Source of the DNA: Puniceicoccaceae bacterium
GTDB lineage: Bacteria > Verrucomicrobiota > Verrucomicrobiia > Opitutales > Coraliomargaritaceae
Assembly: GCA_017854655.1 (NCBI GenBank)
Contig: JAFMHF010000003.1
Span: 645-64,644 of the forward strand
Length of the DNA: 64,000 nucleotides
Reading direction: 5' to 3'
The position numbers and the translations under genes are program-made. Below, piece by piece: positions 47,480 to 58,628 of this stretch; within the stretch, counting starts at the first letter, position 1; each line of letters starts with the position of its first letter. The notes under the pieces are model-generated. The model saw only the letters and a list, made by a program, of their open reading frames with translations. It did not search any database and was not told the DNA's origin.

Positions 47480-50400
47480 TTATTCAGACGCAGCAGATTT
47501 GCGTTGGACGGATGTTTCCGCCGACTTGCGGCAGAAGGTGTAGAAAATCGCAGGCGTCACACCGAGCCCCAGTAGGGTGGAGGTGACGAGGCCTCCGACG
47601 ATGACGACTGCAATTGGATTTAGGATTTCTTTTCCCGGTTCATCGGTTGCTAAGAGAAGCGGCACCAGAGCAAGGCCAGCAGAGATTGCAGTCATGAGAA
47701 TCGGGATTAGGCGTTCCTGCGTGCCTCGTTCGACCATCTTTCGGGTAAATCGCTCGCCTTCATGGCGCATTAGGTGAAGATAGTGCGAAATCAGCATAAT
47801 ATTATTACGCGCCGCAATCCCACTCACCGCGATGAAACCGACAAGAGTGGCGATACTAATATTGTTCAGCGTCATCCCCGTCAGGAATATACTGCCAACT
47901 AGAGAGATCGGCACGATGGTGAAGACTAGTAGCACAAACGCAAAATTCTTGAAGTAACTGTAGAGTAGAAACGAGATGACCAAGAGCACGATTGCCGATG
48001 TGATCAGAATCGTCCGTTTTGCTTTGGCCTGTGCTTCATATTCGCCTTCGTAAGAGAGCGTATAGCCTTCAGGGAGCTTCACCCGTTCGTTGACCTCGCG
48101 CTGCAACTCCTCGACCGCGGCATTCAAGTCGTCGACGGTCGGATTGATGGAAACCACAAAACGTCTCACGGTGTTTTCCCGCAAGATGTTGTTGGGCCCC
48201 GTCGCGTGCCTTATATCCGCGACATAACTGAGTGGGATTCGCTGCCCGCTCAGAGTGTCAATGTAGAGCTTCGATAGTTTTTGGGGTGATTCTCGCCACT
48301 CCAATGGCAAGCGTATGACTAGGTCGTAGACGCGTTGCCCTTCGTAGATTTCACTCACAGCTTCGCCTCCCATGAGCGCAGAGAGTTCCGCATTGAGGGC
48401 ACCTGGTGTCACTCCATAAGCCATGGCGCGTTTACGATCCACCTCGATTCGAAGTTGTGGGATGGGTGCCTGCTGCTCGACACGTGCTTCTTCCATTCCC
48501 GGCACTTCGCGTGCGATCTCGGCAATTTCAGTGCCGATGCGACGCAACTCATCCAAATCGGGGCCGAAGACCTTAACGGCTACCTTGGCTGAGACACCAC
48601 TGAGCATGTGACCGATACGGTCTGCCAATGGCCCGCTGAGCGCACTAAAAGTTCCAGGGATGGTCTGCATGGTGCTGCGAATATCTTCCAAGATCTCGCT
48701 ACGTTCACGCTTCACGTCGTGAGTGAATTCGATGTCGATTTCCACGGTCGAGACAGGCACAACATGATCCCCACGTTCGGCGCGGCCGACCCGATAGCCG
48801 ACTGTTTCAATTTCAGGGATCTTCAGTAGTAGATCCTGAGCGGTATCGGCTAGTTCACGTGTTTGTTTAAGTGAGGTTCCTGGAGCTGTCGTCATGGCGA
48901 CTAGAACGGTAGGCTCCCGAAATGCCGGCAGGAAGTTGCCGCCCATTTTTGTAAATGAGATGCCTGCAGCCACAACAAGTGCTCCCGTTGCGAACAGCAC
49001 AATCAATGGTTGCGAGAGTGAAAAACGCAACCAAGTCACATTGAACAGTTTCTTGAAACCTCGCTCGATGACACCGTCTGCATGCTTTTGCCCCGCTTTG
49101 GGCTTCAGCAAATACGAACTCAGAACTGGTATCACTGTGAGTGAAACGAGAAAGGACGCTGCCATACTGACAATAGTAGCGACTGCAATCGGAGTGAACA
49201 GTCGCCCCTCGACCCCGCTCAGAGCCATCAGCGGCAAGAAAACCAGAATAATCAGCACGGTTGCATATAAGATCGAGGATCGGACTTCGGCAGATGCTTT
49301 GGCGATGACCTCTAGTCTATTTCGTGGTTCATCGAGCATCGCATTCTCCCGTAGTCGTCGGAATACGTTCTCGACATCCACAATGGCATCATCGACCACC
49401 ATACCAATGGCCACCGCAAGCCCACCGAGTGTCATTGAGTTGACGCTCAAATCCAAGAGGCCAAATACCAGCACTGTCATTCCTAAAGATAATGGAATCG
49501 CGGTGAGAGTAATCAGTGTGATACGCACATTCAGTAAGAAAAGGAACAAGATCACGGCCACCATGATGGCACCATCACGCAAGGCTTCTTCCAGATTCCC
49601 CACGGCAAGGTCGATGAAGTCGGACTGACGATACAATGTCACAAGTTCCACGCCCTCGGGCATTGAGGTTTTCAAATCCTCCAACGCGGCTTCGACTTGA
49701 TCGGTGAGTGCCAATGTGTCGAACCCAGGGGACTTCGTGACGCTTAGGATCACGCCGGGATAGCCCTTCGTGTCCGCGTCATCCAATAGCTTGGTTCCCA
49801 TGCCTGCATCTCCGCGCATCGGTTCGATGTCCCAAGCAACTGTAGCGACATCTTTGATACGGATCGGGCGATCATTGACGTGTGTGACCACCGTATTACC
49901 AATTGCATCGAGGTCTGTCGTCATGGCTAGGTTGCGCACCATAATCTCTTGGGCGGACTCGGTTAGAAAGCCTCCAGTTCGATTACTCACCGCATTGGCG
50001 GCAGCTTCTCGAAGTGCTTCGTAGTCAATCCCCAACGCCAACATTTTATCTGGATTGGGCTGAACTTGCAGTTGTTTGACACCGCCCCCCATGCCGAGCA
50101 CTTCAGCCACCCCAGGGATGGATTGCAGACGCCTGGAGACCGTCCAGTCGGCAATGGTTCGAAGGTCCATCGGCTCTGTGTTCCCCGATGGGTCAACGAG
50201 TCCTACCAGCATGATATTGCCCATTAAGGAGGCGACTGGCGTCATGTAAGGGCTGACCCCATCCGGAAGTGTTTCACTGGCTCCTGTTAGGCGCTCCTGC
50301 ACGAACTGACGTGCTTGATAGATATCGGTGCCCCATTCGAATTCGATGAAGATCAAGGAAAGGCCAATATCGTTTACCGATCGTAGACGCGTCACGCCAG

Positions 50401-50629
50401 TGACTCCCATCAATGAGTTTTCAAGTGGTATGGTTACCAGGGTTTCGACTTCTTCAGGGGAGAAACCTGCGGATTCCGTGAGAATCGTGACGGTTGGCTT
50501 GGTTAAGTCCGGCAGCACTTCAACAGGAAGCTCGCTGGCTGTTTTGATGCCTAAGATGAAGAGCACCAAGGCCAGTGCTAATATGAGTGGCCTTTGCGAA
50601 AGCGAAAACTGAATGAGCTTATTAAGCAT
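47480..50629 (-). CDS. CusA/CzcA-family heavy-metal RND permease (third system)
   Basis: LPVEVLPD, IGMVVDDAIVDVEN, EGRLFTPIA, RLIPILMTA, GKEILNPIA. Confidence 0.9.
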   Translation of the reverse strand: MLNKLIQFSLSQRPLILALALVLFILGIKTASELPVEVLPDLTKPTVTILTESAGFSPEEVETLVTIPLENSLMGVTGVTRLRSVNDIGLSLIFIEFEWGTDIYQARQFVQERLTGASETLPDGVSPYMTPVASLMGNIMLVGLVDPSGNTEPMDLRTIADWTVSRRLQSIPGVAEVLGMGGGVKQLQVQPNPDKMLALGIDYEALREAAANAVSNRTGGFLTESAQEIMVRNLAMTTDLDAIGNTVVTHVNDRPIRIKDVATVAWDIEPMRGDAGMGTKLLDDADTKGYPGVILSVTKSPGFDTLALTDQVEAALEDLKTSMPEGVELVTLYRQSDFIDLAVGNLEEALRDGAIMVAVILFLFLLNVRITLITLTAIPLSLGMTVLVFGLLDLSVNSMTLGGLAVAIGMVVDDAIVDVENVFRRLRENAMLDEPRNRLEVIAKASAEVRSSILYATVLIILVFLPLMALSGVEGRLFTPIAVATIVSMAASFLVSLTVIPVLSSYLLKPKAGQKHADGVIERGFKKLFNVTWLRFSLSQPLIVLFATGALVVAAGISFTKMGGNFLPAFREPTVLVAMTTAPGTSLKQTRELADTAQDLLLKIPEIETVGYRVGRAERGDHVVPVSTVEIDIEFTHDVKRERSEILEDIRSTMQTIPGTFSALSGPLADRIGHMLSGVSAKVAVKVFGPDLDELRRIGTEIAEIAREVPGMEEARVEQQAPIPQLRIEVDRKRAMAYGVTPGALNAELSALMGGEAVSEIYEGQRVYDLVIRLPLEWRESPQKLSKLYIDTLSGQRIPLSYVADIRHATGPNNILRENTVRRFVVSINPTVDDLNAAVEELQREVNERVKLPEGYTLSYEGEYEAQAKAKRTILITSAIVLLVISFLLYSYFKNFAFVLLVFTIVPISLVGSIFLTGMTLNNISIATLVGFIAVSGIAARNNIMLISHYLHLMRHEGERFTRKMVERGTQERLIPILMTAISAGLALVPLLLATDEPGKEILNPIAVVIVGGLVTSTLLGLGVTPAIFYTFCRKSAETSVQRKSAASE

Positions 50630-51827
50630 CCGACGCCTCGCTTTCCTTTTGTCGACGCTTCAAGAGCATCTGCGTGGTAACTAACGCGAAGAGCGTCACT
50701 AATCCCGCATATATCATGAGTGGCTTAGTGAGAGCTCCACTGGCTTTAGAGTTCTCAGCATGGCCATGATCGTCTGGATCGCCAGAGGCACTGTCTTCCT
50801 CGGTCAGCTCGGATCCATCTTCGGCATGGGCATGCCCATGAGCAGCATCAAGTGCTTCCTTGAGTGACATACCTGAGCCTCCACCGACAAAACTGAGTGC
50901 ATAGGAACCCTGTGCAACGACTTCATCGCCTGGGAATACCCCGTTGAGCACTTCGACATATGCGTCGTTTTCTCCGCCGAGTGTGACGGGGACTCGAATG
51001 AAGGCATTTGGCAGCTCATAGTCTTTAACAAAAACGACTCGGCTGGCGGGGTCTCCTTGAATTGCAGTGCGTGGAACTGAGAGGACAAAAGGCTGTGAAT
51101 CGAGCACGACAGAGAATTCTGCCCGCATGCCAGGACGCAATTTTCCATCTACGTTATCTAATTCAAAAATCGCTTCGATGGTGCCTGCCTCGCGGTCTGC
51201 TTCGACGCCAAAGCGTGTCAGTTCGGCTTCGAACACCTCATCGCCGAGTGCTGGGATGTGAATTCGTGCAGCAGTCCCAATCGCGACTTGAGCCGCTTCT
51301 TGTTCCGGGATTTTGGCCACAGCCCACAACTTTGAGCGGTCTGAAATATCCAGTAATTCGGCCGATGGCTCCACTGGTTGTCCAAGTCTGACATGTGAGG
51401 CGACGACTAAGCCACCTTGAGGTGCCTTGAGCTCCACACTGGGCGGTGGATCCCCCAACTGACGACTTTCGACGACAGCCAAAACTTCGCCTGCCTCAAC
51501 GGTATCGCCTTCGAACGCATTCAGTGCGCTGACCCGCCCTGCAATACGTGATGACAGGACTGAGCGACTGGACGGAATTTCTTCGATGCGTCCGATCGCG
51601 AAGACTGTGGTTTCAAAGTCACGCTCCTCGGCCTCTTCAGTTTGAATGCGGAGGTTTTTGACCGCAATCTCGTCTAGAATGATTGTATTTTGTGCACGCG
51701 CTTCTTCAGCTGCGTGTATTGTGGAGATTGAGAGTAGAGAAAGGAAAATTATGCTATTTAGTTTCATTGGAAAGGTCTCCGATAGAGTGAGTCGAAAGGT
51801 TGCGAGCAGTAGCTGCGCGCCATTCAA
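50622..51827 (-). CDS. RND periplasmic adaptor; likely start near 51767 (MKLNS)
   Basis: LKAPQGG, LWAVAKIPE, LRPGMRAEF, VVAQGSY; His-containing tail with C-terminal TM. Confidence 0.85.
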   Translation of the reverse strand: MNGAQLLLATFRLTLSETFPMKLNSIIFLSLLSISTIHAAEEARAQNTIILDEIAVKNLRIQTEEAEERDFETTVFAIGRIEEIPSSRSVLSSRIAGRVSALNAFEGDTVEAGEVLAVVESRQLGDPPPSVELKAPQGGLVVASHVRLGQPVEPSAELLDISDRSKLWAVAKIPEQEAAQVAIGTAARIHIPALGDEVFEAELTRFGVEADREAGTIEAIFELDNVDGKLRPGMRAEFSVVLDSQPFVLSVPRTAIQGDPASRVVFVKDYELPNAFIRVPVTLGGENDAYVEVLNGVFPGDEVVAQGSYALSFVGGGSGMSLKEALDAAHGHAHAEDGSELTEEDSASGDPDDHGHAENSKASGALTKPLMIYAGLVTLFALVTTQMLLKRRQKESEASDA

Positions 51828-53052
51828 TCAAGATTTGCTCGAGCTCATGCCAGAGATCGAGTTGAGCGGTTTGGATGTTTAAGTGCTGTTCTTGCACTCG
51901 AAAGACTTCGCCGAGGTCGACGAGTCCAGCAGCATACGCTGCATTGATGTCTTTGTGGTTTTGCTCCACCAACTTCAGTGCGCTTTCTTTGTAGGTGGAC
52001 GCTTGTTTATAGGCTGCAGCGGCATTACTGCGCAGTGCTTCAGCATCGTTTTGTAACTGCAGCGACATAGCGTTCATCTCATGGTAAATCTGCTTTTCGC
52101 GAAAGCGACTGGCTTCAACTTCACCACGGTAATTACTCCGGAGGGGGAGTGGAATCGAGACACCGATCCCGAAGAAACGATCTCGACCTAAACCATCCGG
52201 CTCATCGACGGATTTCTCTTCTTCAAAGAAAATTTCTACTGCGATGTCAGCCCAGCGACTGGCTTTAGCCAAATTTGTTTGCTCCTGCGCGATATCCGCA
52301 AGTAAGGCTCGAAGTTGATACTCGGGATGCTGCTTTAGGTCATCCAAGTTGAATGCTTCCATCTCAGGTAGCGTTGGCATTTGGACTGAATCGGCGAGCA
52401 CCTCTAGCTCACGATCTGGCTCAAGGCCAAGGAGGCTACGTAAGTCTCCAAGTGCTCGATTACGTTCTTTCGTCCGATTTTCAATCTCCTGCTTTACTGA
52501 AAACAGTGCGACACGCACCTGATTCAAAGCGAGTGTCGACGCCTCGCCAGCGTCGATTCTCTTCTCCATAAATGCCGCAAATTCCTCCTGCAGCCGAATC
52601 ATTCCACTCAGCAGAGACAGTTGTTTGTCGAGACTGGCGATCAGTGCCATAGAGCCTTCGACATCGCGTATCAGCAACCTCTGCTGATTGAGAAGTTCCG
52701 CCTCGGCGAGTTTGACCTCAATGGCAGAGACGTTCTTTAGTCGCTTGAGTCGATTGGTAATCGGAAAGCGTTGCTCGAAGCCAATGGAGTAAGACTGTTC
52801 CCCCTCATCGTTGAAAGCGCGATCGGACGCATAACCCAAATTGAGTTCAGGGTTGTCGAGCCTGCCTGCGTATTGCGAGTAAGCACCCGCTTCATTAATT
52901 GCAGAACGAGCAGCCTGTAACGACTGGTTCTTCTGCAAAGCCAGTGCAACAGCGTCTTGGCTTGTGAGTTTTAGAGAGCTCTCTGGCGTAGCATATGCCA
53001 GAGAAGCGTAGAAAATGAATAATGTTGTCAGTAAATAGTTATATGTGTGCAT
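51754..53052 (-). CDS. TolC-family outer-membrane factor
   Basis: LDNPELNL, EQRFPIT, GVSIPLPL, YAAGLVDLGEV. Confidence 0.88.
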   Translation of the reverse strand: MHTYNYLLTTLFIFYASLAYATPESSLKLTSQDAVALALQKNQSLQAARSAINEAGAYSQYAGRLDNPELNLGYASDRAFNDEGEQSYSIGFEQRFPITNRLKRLKNVSAIEVKLAEAELLNQQRLLIRDVEGSMALIASLDKQLSLLSGMIRLQEEFAAFMEKRIDAGEASTLALNQVRVALFSVKQEIENRTKERNRALGDLRSLLGLEPDRELEVLADSVQMPTLPEMEAFNLDDLKQHPEYQLRALLADIAQEQTNLAKASRWADIAVEIFFEEEKSVDEPDGLGRDRFFGIGVSIPLPLRSNYRGEVEASRFREKQIYHEMNAMSLQLQNDAEALRSNAAAAYKQASTYKESALKLVEQNHKDINAAYAAGLVDLGEVFRVQEQHLNIQTAQLDLWHELEQILIEWRAATARNLSTHSIGDLSNETK

Positions 53053-53150
53053 GAAAAAACCTGTTTAGTTGAAATCGTCATAAGACACGTTCGAACGTGC
53101 CAAAGTCACACGAAGGAAATCCTACGTGCATATTTCACTAATCAGGTTTT
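53053..53150 (-). promoter_or_regulatory. Structured 96-nt spacer; arm over the stop codon (53132-53150) pairs with the tolC initiation region (53056-53075)
   Basis: mRNA AAAACCUGAUUAGUGAAAU is complementary to AUUUCAACUAAACAGGUUUU (one mismatch, one bulge); internal palindrome CACGTTCGAACGTG. Confidence 0.65.
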
Positions 53151-53607
53151 AAATTCGGAGCACTGTCGTGCGCACACACTGCTCTAATGTGCCACAGAAA
53201 ATGGGTGGCGCTCGTGTCGCTAAACGTATCTGAGGAGCCGCGTTTGCTTTAATGATCGGAACAAATAGCTGATACGAGTGGTTTGCGGCTACTGGTTTCT
53301 TAATCGAAATAAAATCAGCGACTCGCTGTATCGGCTCATTCGATGAGCTGATCAAAATGTCGATGCAGTGTTGGTCACTAACTGCAGAAAGGCCATCATC
53401 TGCTTCGCCGGAATGGGAATCGTGATTGTGTGATTCCGTCTCATGTCCATGGCATGTGTCACCATGATCAGAGTGTTGCCCCGTGAGCACATGACCAAAA
53501 TTATGATCATGCAGGCACAGCACCGCCCCACCAGCAGTAGCTAGTAGGCCGTTCATTGCCATCATCAGGGTAAGGCAATATGCTGTGTATTTTTTTAACA
53601 TGAACAA
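53149..53607 (-). CDS. CzcI-like exported His/Cys-rich leader protein with RAPP motif
   Basis: Hydrophobic N-terminus, LCLHDH and His-rich middle, TRAPP plus 17 residues ending LRI; first gene of the third RND operon. Confidence 0.7.
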   Translation of the reverse strand: MFMLKKYTAYCLTLMMAMNGLLATAGGAVLCLHDHNFGHVLTGQHSDHGDTCHGHETESHNHDSHSGEADDGLSAVSDQHCIDILISSSNEPIQRVADFISIKKPVAANHSYQLFVPIIKANAAPQIRLATRAPPIFCGTLEQCVRTTVLRI

Positions 53608-53813
53608 GTTGGAATGAATACAGCTCGGAATTATTCCAAGTCAATAGCGATTTCCGATCGCCAGATTTGAATTTGTGATCAATGCAGTGCAATATGCCTG
53701 TGCGTTCCAGAGCCGATGTGAGCATCAGTTTAAATTATGAAATATGCGCCTACGTCATTTACATGCTCTTGATCGACTGGATCTAACCAAACGCTACGAT
53801 CCAAATACTGGCA

Positions 53814-54038
53814 TTAGTCGCTGTCTTTTTCGAGGTGTTCCTCCATTTTACACTCCACGTATATCAATTCTTCGCGGATAAAGAAATCTGGGACGTATGT
53901 GACCTTAGTCATTCGTCCATACATAAGGCCTAGTAACTCGGAATGGTAAGGCTGTGAGCTCCATATCCGTATCTCAAATCCATTATTGCCCGATAGGTTA
54001 AGAGGGTTCCCAGTCTCTGGACTAGGCCTCTTGAGCAT
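53814..54038 (-). pseudogene. TnsA-like endonuclease N-terminal fragment
   Basis: SQP...YVPDFFIR...YVECK matches the TnsA-type Y.PDF...E.K motif; truncated after about 74 aa; no tnsB/C nearby. Confidence 0.4.
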
Positions 54039-54768
54039 TTTTCAGTTTCTTTGGCTTGCGGGTCTTTTTTACTTTTCGTTTCTTGGGATTTAATTTGAGA
54101 AACGCCTTAGCTTCTTTTTCGGCCTCCTTCATCGATTCTGAGAATTCTTCTACTTTCCACTTTCGCCAGCGGTCTCCGAATAACTGGTCGGTAGCTTCCG
54201 GAACTTGATCAGCCATAGCCCGCGCAAGTTCATTGACCGTGGGCTCCATTTTTTTGCCTTTGTCATCTCGTTGAAGTCCGATAGCCGCATTTATTTTATC
54301 AAGTTCTGTTCCTAGAAAAAAGAGGGTGGAAAGAAAGCCAAGACCCTCCCGATCTACAAGCAAATCGATAGTCTCCTCAAACCGCGTTTGGATAATATTT
54401 ACGATGTCATTCCTCCAAACCTGACTAGCGAAATTAAATGAACTTTGGTAATTCCTATAGTCATGTTTGGTGAATTTACCAGATTCACCGTTCGGCCTAA
54501 GCTGGTTCTGTAACAGACGTTTCGGAGAAACTCCGGTGACTGCAGCGATTCGGTAAGCATTTTCTGCGCTCAAGCCGCCACCATTGCCGTCCTGCCTCTT
54601 AATCAGCGTCTTGTATGAGTTGATTTTGATATTACAGAGCGCAGCAAACTCCGTTTGCGATAAGCCAGTAACCTTGCGAAGGCGCTCAACTGAAGAGTTT
54701 GGATAGGCGTTTTTTTTGTCTGTCTGGTCTTTCATCTTAATGGTGCTCATGTGGACAGTCTCACTCAA
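54022..54768 (-). CDS. XRE-like HTH transcriptional regulator
   Basis: VERLRKVTGLSQTEFAALCNI...LSAENAYRIAAVTG; divergent from the integrase operon. Confidence 0.7.
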   Translation of the reverse strand: MSETVHMSTIKMKDQTDKKNAYPNSSVERLRKVTGLSQTEFAALCNIKINSYKTLIKRQDGNGGGLSAENAYRIAAVTGVSPKRLLQNQLRPNGESGKFTKHDYRNYQSSFNFASQVWRNDIVNIIQTRFEETIDLLVDREGLGFLSTLFFLGTELDKINAAIGLQRDDKGKKMEPTVNELARAMADQVPEATDQLFGDRWRKWKVEEFSESMKEAEKEAKAFLKLNPKKRKVKKTRKPKKLKNAQEA

Positions 54769-54852
54769 TGTTGCTACAAAGACAAGATCGTAGGTATTCA
54801 GAACCCCCCTTGGTAACGTTCTTTTTTTATATTTTCGCCCAATACTGCTTAC

Positions 54853-55206
54853 ATGCGCAATGCAGTAGACAGTTTAGGAAGCGAAGAGCGCCTCGGTGAG
54901 ATCGGCGAGATCCTCTCCCGTGGCGTCGAGCTACTCCTGCAATCGCGCGTGCGAGTTATCGAAAAAGAAACCACAAGAAATGAAGAACTAAATGGCGAGG
55001 CTCACGAAGTAGTCCACGACAGCCCCATTATTCAAATGACGACAAGGTTCGGCTCAATCTCGACAGCGGACGTGATCGAAAAAATGGGGATGACTCGTTC
55101 AACGGCACGTCGTCGCCTCGCCGAACTGGTCGATTCTGGAGATCTGGTTGCTGAGGGCAAAGGTCGTGGAGCTCGCTACCGCGTCGCCTCCAAATCTGGA
55201 AACTAA
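54853..55206 (+). CDS. Small winged-HTH protein, candidate recombination directionality factor or regulator
   Basis: N-terminal EERLGEIGEILSRG; C-terminal wHTH ISTADV...STARRRLAELVDSG...GKGRGARY; 18 nt upstream of the recombinase. Confidence 0.6.
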   Translation: MRNAVDSLGSEERLGEIGEILSRGVELLLQSRVRVIEKETTRNEELNGEAHEVVHDSPIIQMTTRFGSISTADVIEKMGMTRSTARRRLAELVDSGDLVAEGKGRGARYRVASKSGN

Positions 55207-55224
55207 AAATTAAAATAGAACACT

Positions 55225-57021
<1,797 letters not shown>

Positions 57022-57193
57022 GATAGAGAAGCGGTTCAAATCTGCTTGGCAAGCCTTGACTGAAATCTGTCACATGTTCTGCTTCGCTACGCGACCTGTC
57101 TGGTCGTCGCGGCGCAGCAGCCAATTTCAGCTCGCGGCGCTTTCTTGTCGATAAAGGCGGTTTTATTCATACGGTGCGGTGTTGATCGAAACT

Positions 57194-58567
57194 ATGAGTC
57201 ACACAGAATTCAAAGACCTGCCTTTAATCGAACCGCTCCAGCGTGCACTGGCGGAGAAAGGCTATGCGGAGCCGTCGCCGATTCAGGCGCAGGCCATACC
57301 TCTGTTGCTCGAGGGGCGCGACCTATTGGCCTGCGCGCAGACTGGCACGGGTAAAACCGCAGCGTTTGCTTTGCCGATGCTCAACCGTATCGCGACGCAG
57401 GGGCGTAAGCCGTTCCGGCGCGGGGTGCGTAATCTGATTCTAGTGCCGACGCGTGAGTTGGCGGTGCAGGTGACCGAGAGTTTTCGCACCTATGGGGCGC
57501 ATTTGGATCTAAAGATCGCGATGATCTATGGTGGCGTATCGCAAACGCCGCAGACCAAGGAGCTGTATTTCGGCTTGGATGTGCTGGTGGCGACGACTGG
57601 GCGCTTGCTGGATTTGATCAAGCAGGGACACGCGAATTTGAGCGGTGTGGAGTGCTTGGTGCTCGATGAGGCGGACCGCATGCTGGCGATGGGCTTTATT
57701 GATGACTTGCGCGAGATCGTCAGTGATGTGCCTAAGGAGCGACAGACGCTGCTCTTTTCGGCGACGATGGCAAAGGGCGTAGCCAAGTTGGCTGCGGGAC
57801 TGTTGAATAATCCCGAGGAGATCCGAATCACGCCAGAAGGCACCACCGCCGAGAAGATTGATCAGTCGGTGCTGTTTGTGCGACTGCGCGATAAGCCTGC
57901 GTTGTTACTGGATCTACTGCACAGCCAATACTTTGAAAAAAAAGAAGAGCTCTGCCTTATTTTTACTCGGACCAAGCGGGATGCTCGGTTGATTGCGACC
58001 CATTTGAATCGCGACGGGATTCGTTCGGATACCATCCACGGGGATCGCACGCAGGCGGCACGTGAGGATGCCTTGCGCCGCTTTAAGCTAGGTGAAACGC
58101 CGGTGTTGGTCGCCACAGACGTCGCAGCGCGAGGGATTGACGTCAAAAATATCGGCTTGGTAATTAATTACGATTTACCGATGGATGCGGAGAATTACGT
58201 GCACCGTATCGGGCGCACCGCGCGTGCGGGCGAGAGTGGCAGGGCGATGAGTTTCTGCTCTGAGATTGATCAAGATGTGTCGCGATTTAAGGCAATCGAG
58301 CGCTTGATTAAGCAAACGATTTCGACGGTGCGAGCGCATGACTTTCATGACGAAGCGATCGAGGGGCTGCATCGCGAAGGCATCCCGCTGCCGGAGGATG
58401 CCAAGGATCGCCGTCCGGCGCGTGGTGTGCGTGCCTCGGGCAAACGAGTTGCGAAGACCCGCGCGCCGAAGGAAAAACCAAAGGATAAAGATGTCTCCGC
58501 AGGCCGAGCCGCGAAGCAGAAACGTGCGGGCCGTCCGTTTCGAGGTTTTGGGCGCGGGCGTCCGTAG
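57194..58567 (+). CDS. DEAD-box RNA helicase (RhlE-like); ORF caller start 57179
   Basis: Q motif PSPIQ, AQTGTGKT, PTRELA, LDEADRM, FSAT, ATDVAARGID, YVHRIGRTAR; basic C-tail. Confidence 0.93.
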   Translation: MSHTEFKDLPLIEPLQRALAEKGYAEPSPIQAQAIPLLLEGRDLLACAQTGTGKTAAFALPMLNRIATQGRKPFRRGVRNLILVPTRELAVQVTESFRTYGAHLDLKIAMIYGGVSQTPQTKELYFGLDVLVATTGRLLDLIKQGHANLSGVECLVLDEADRMLAMGFIDDLREIVSDVPKERQTLLFSATMAKGVAKLAAGLLNNPEEIRITPEGTTAEKIDQSVLFVRLRDKPALLLDLLHSQYFEKKEELCLIFTRTKRDARLIATHLNRDGIRSDTIHGDRTQAAREDALRRFKLGETPVLVATDVAARGIDVKNIGLVINYDLPMDAENYVHRIGRTARAGESGRAMSFCSEIDQDVSRFKAIERLIKQTISTVRAHDFHDEAIEGLHREGIPLPEDAKDRRPARGVRASGKRVAKTRAPKEKPKDKDVSAGRAAKQKRAGRPFRGFGRGRP

Positions 58568-58628
58568 TGCCAACTCGATCGAGGTTTGCGCTTGTCCCTG
58601 AGTGCCCGCAGACTGATTGATAGCAACG

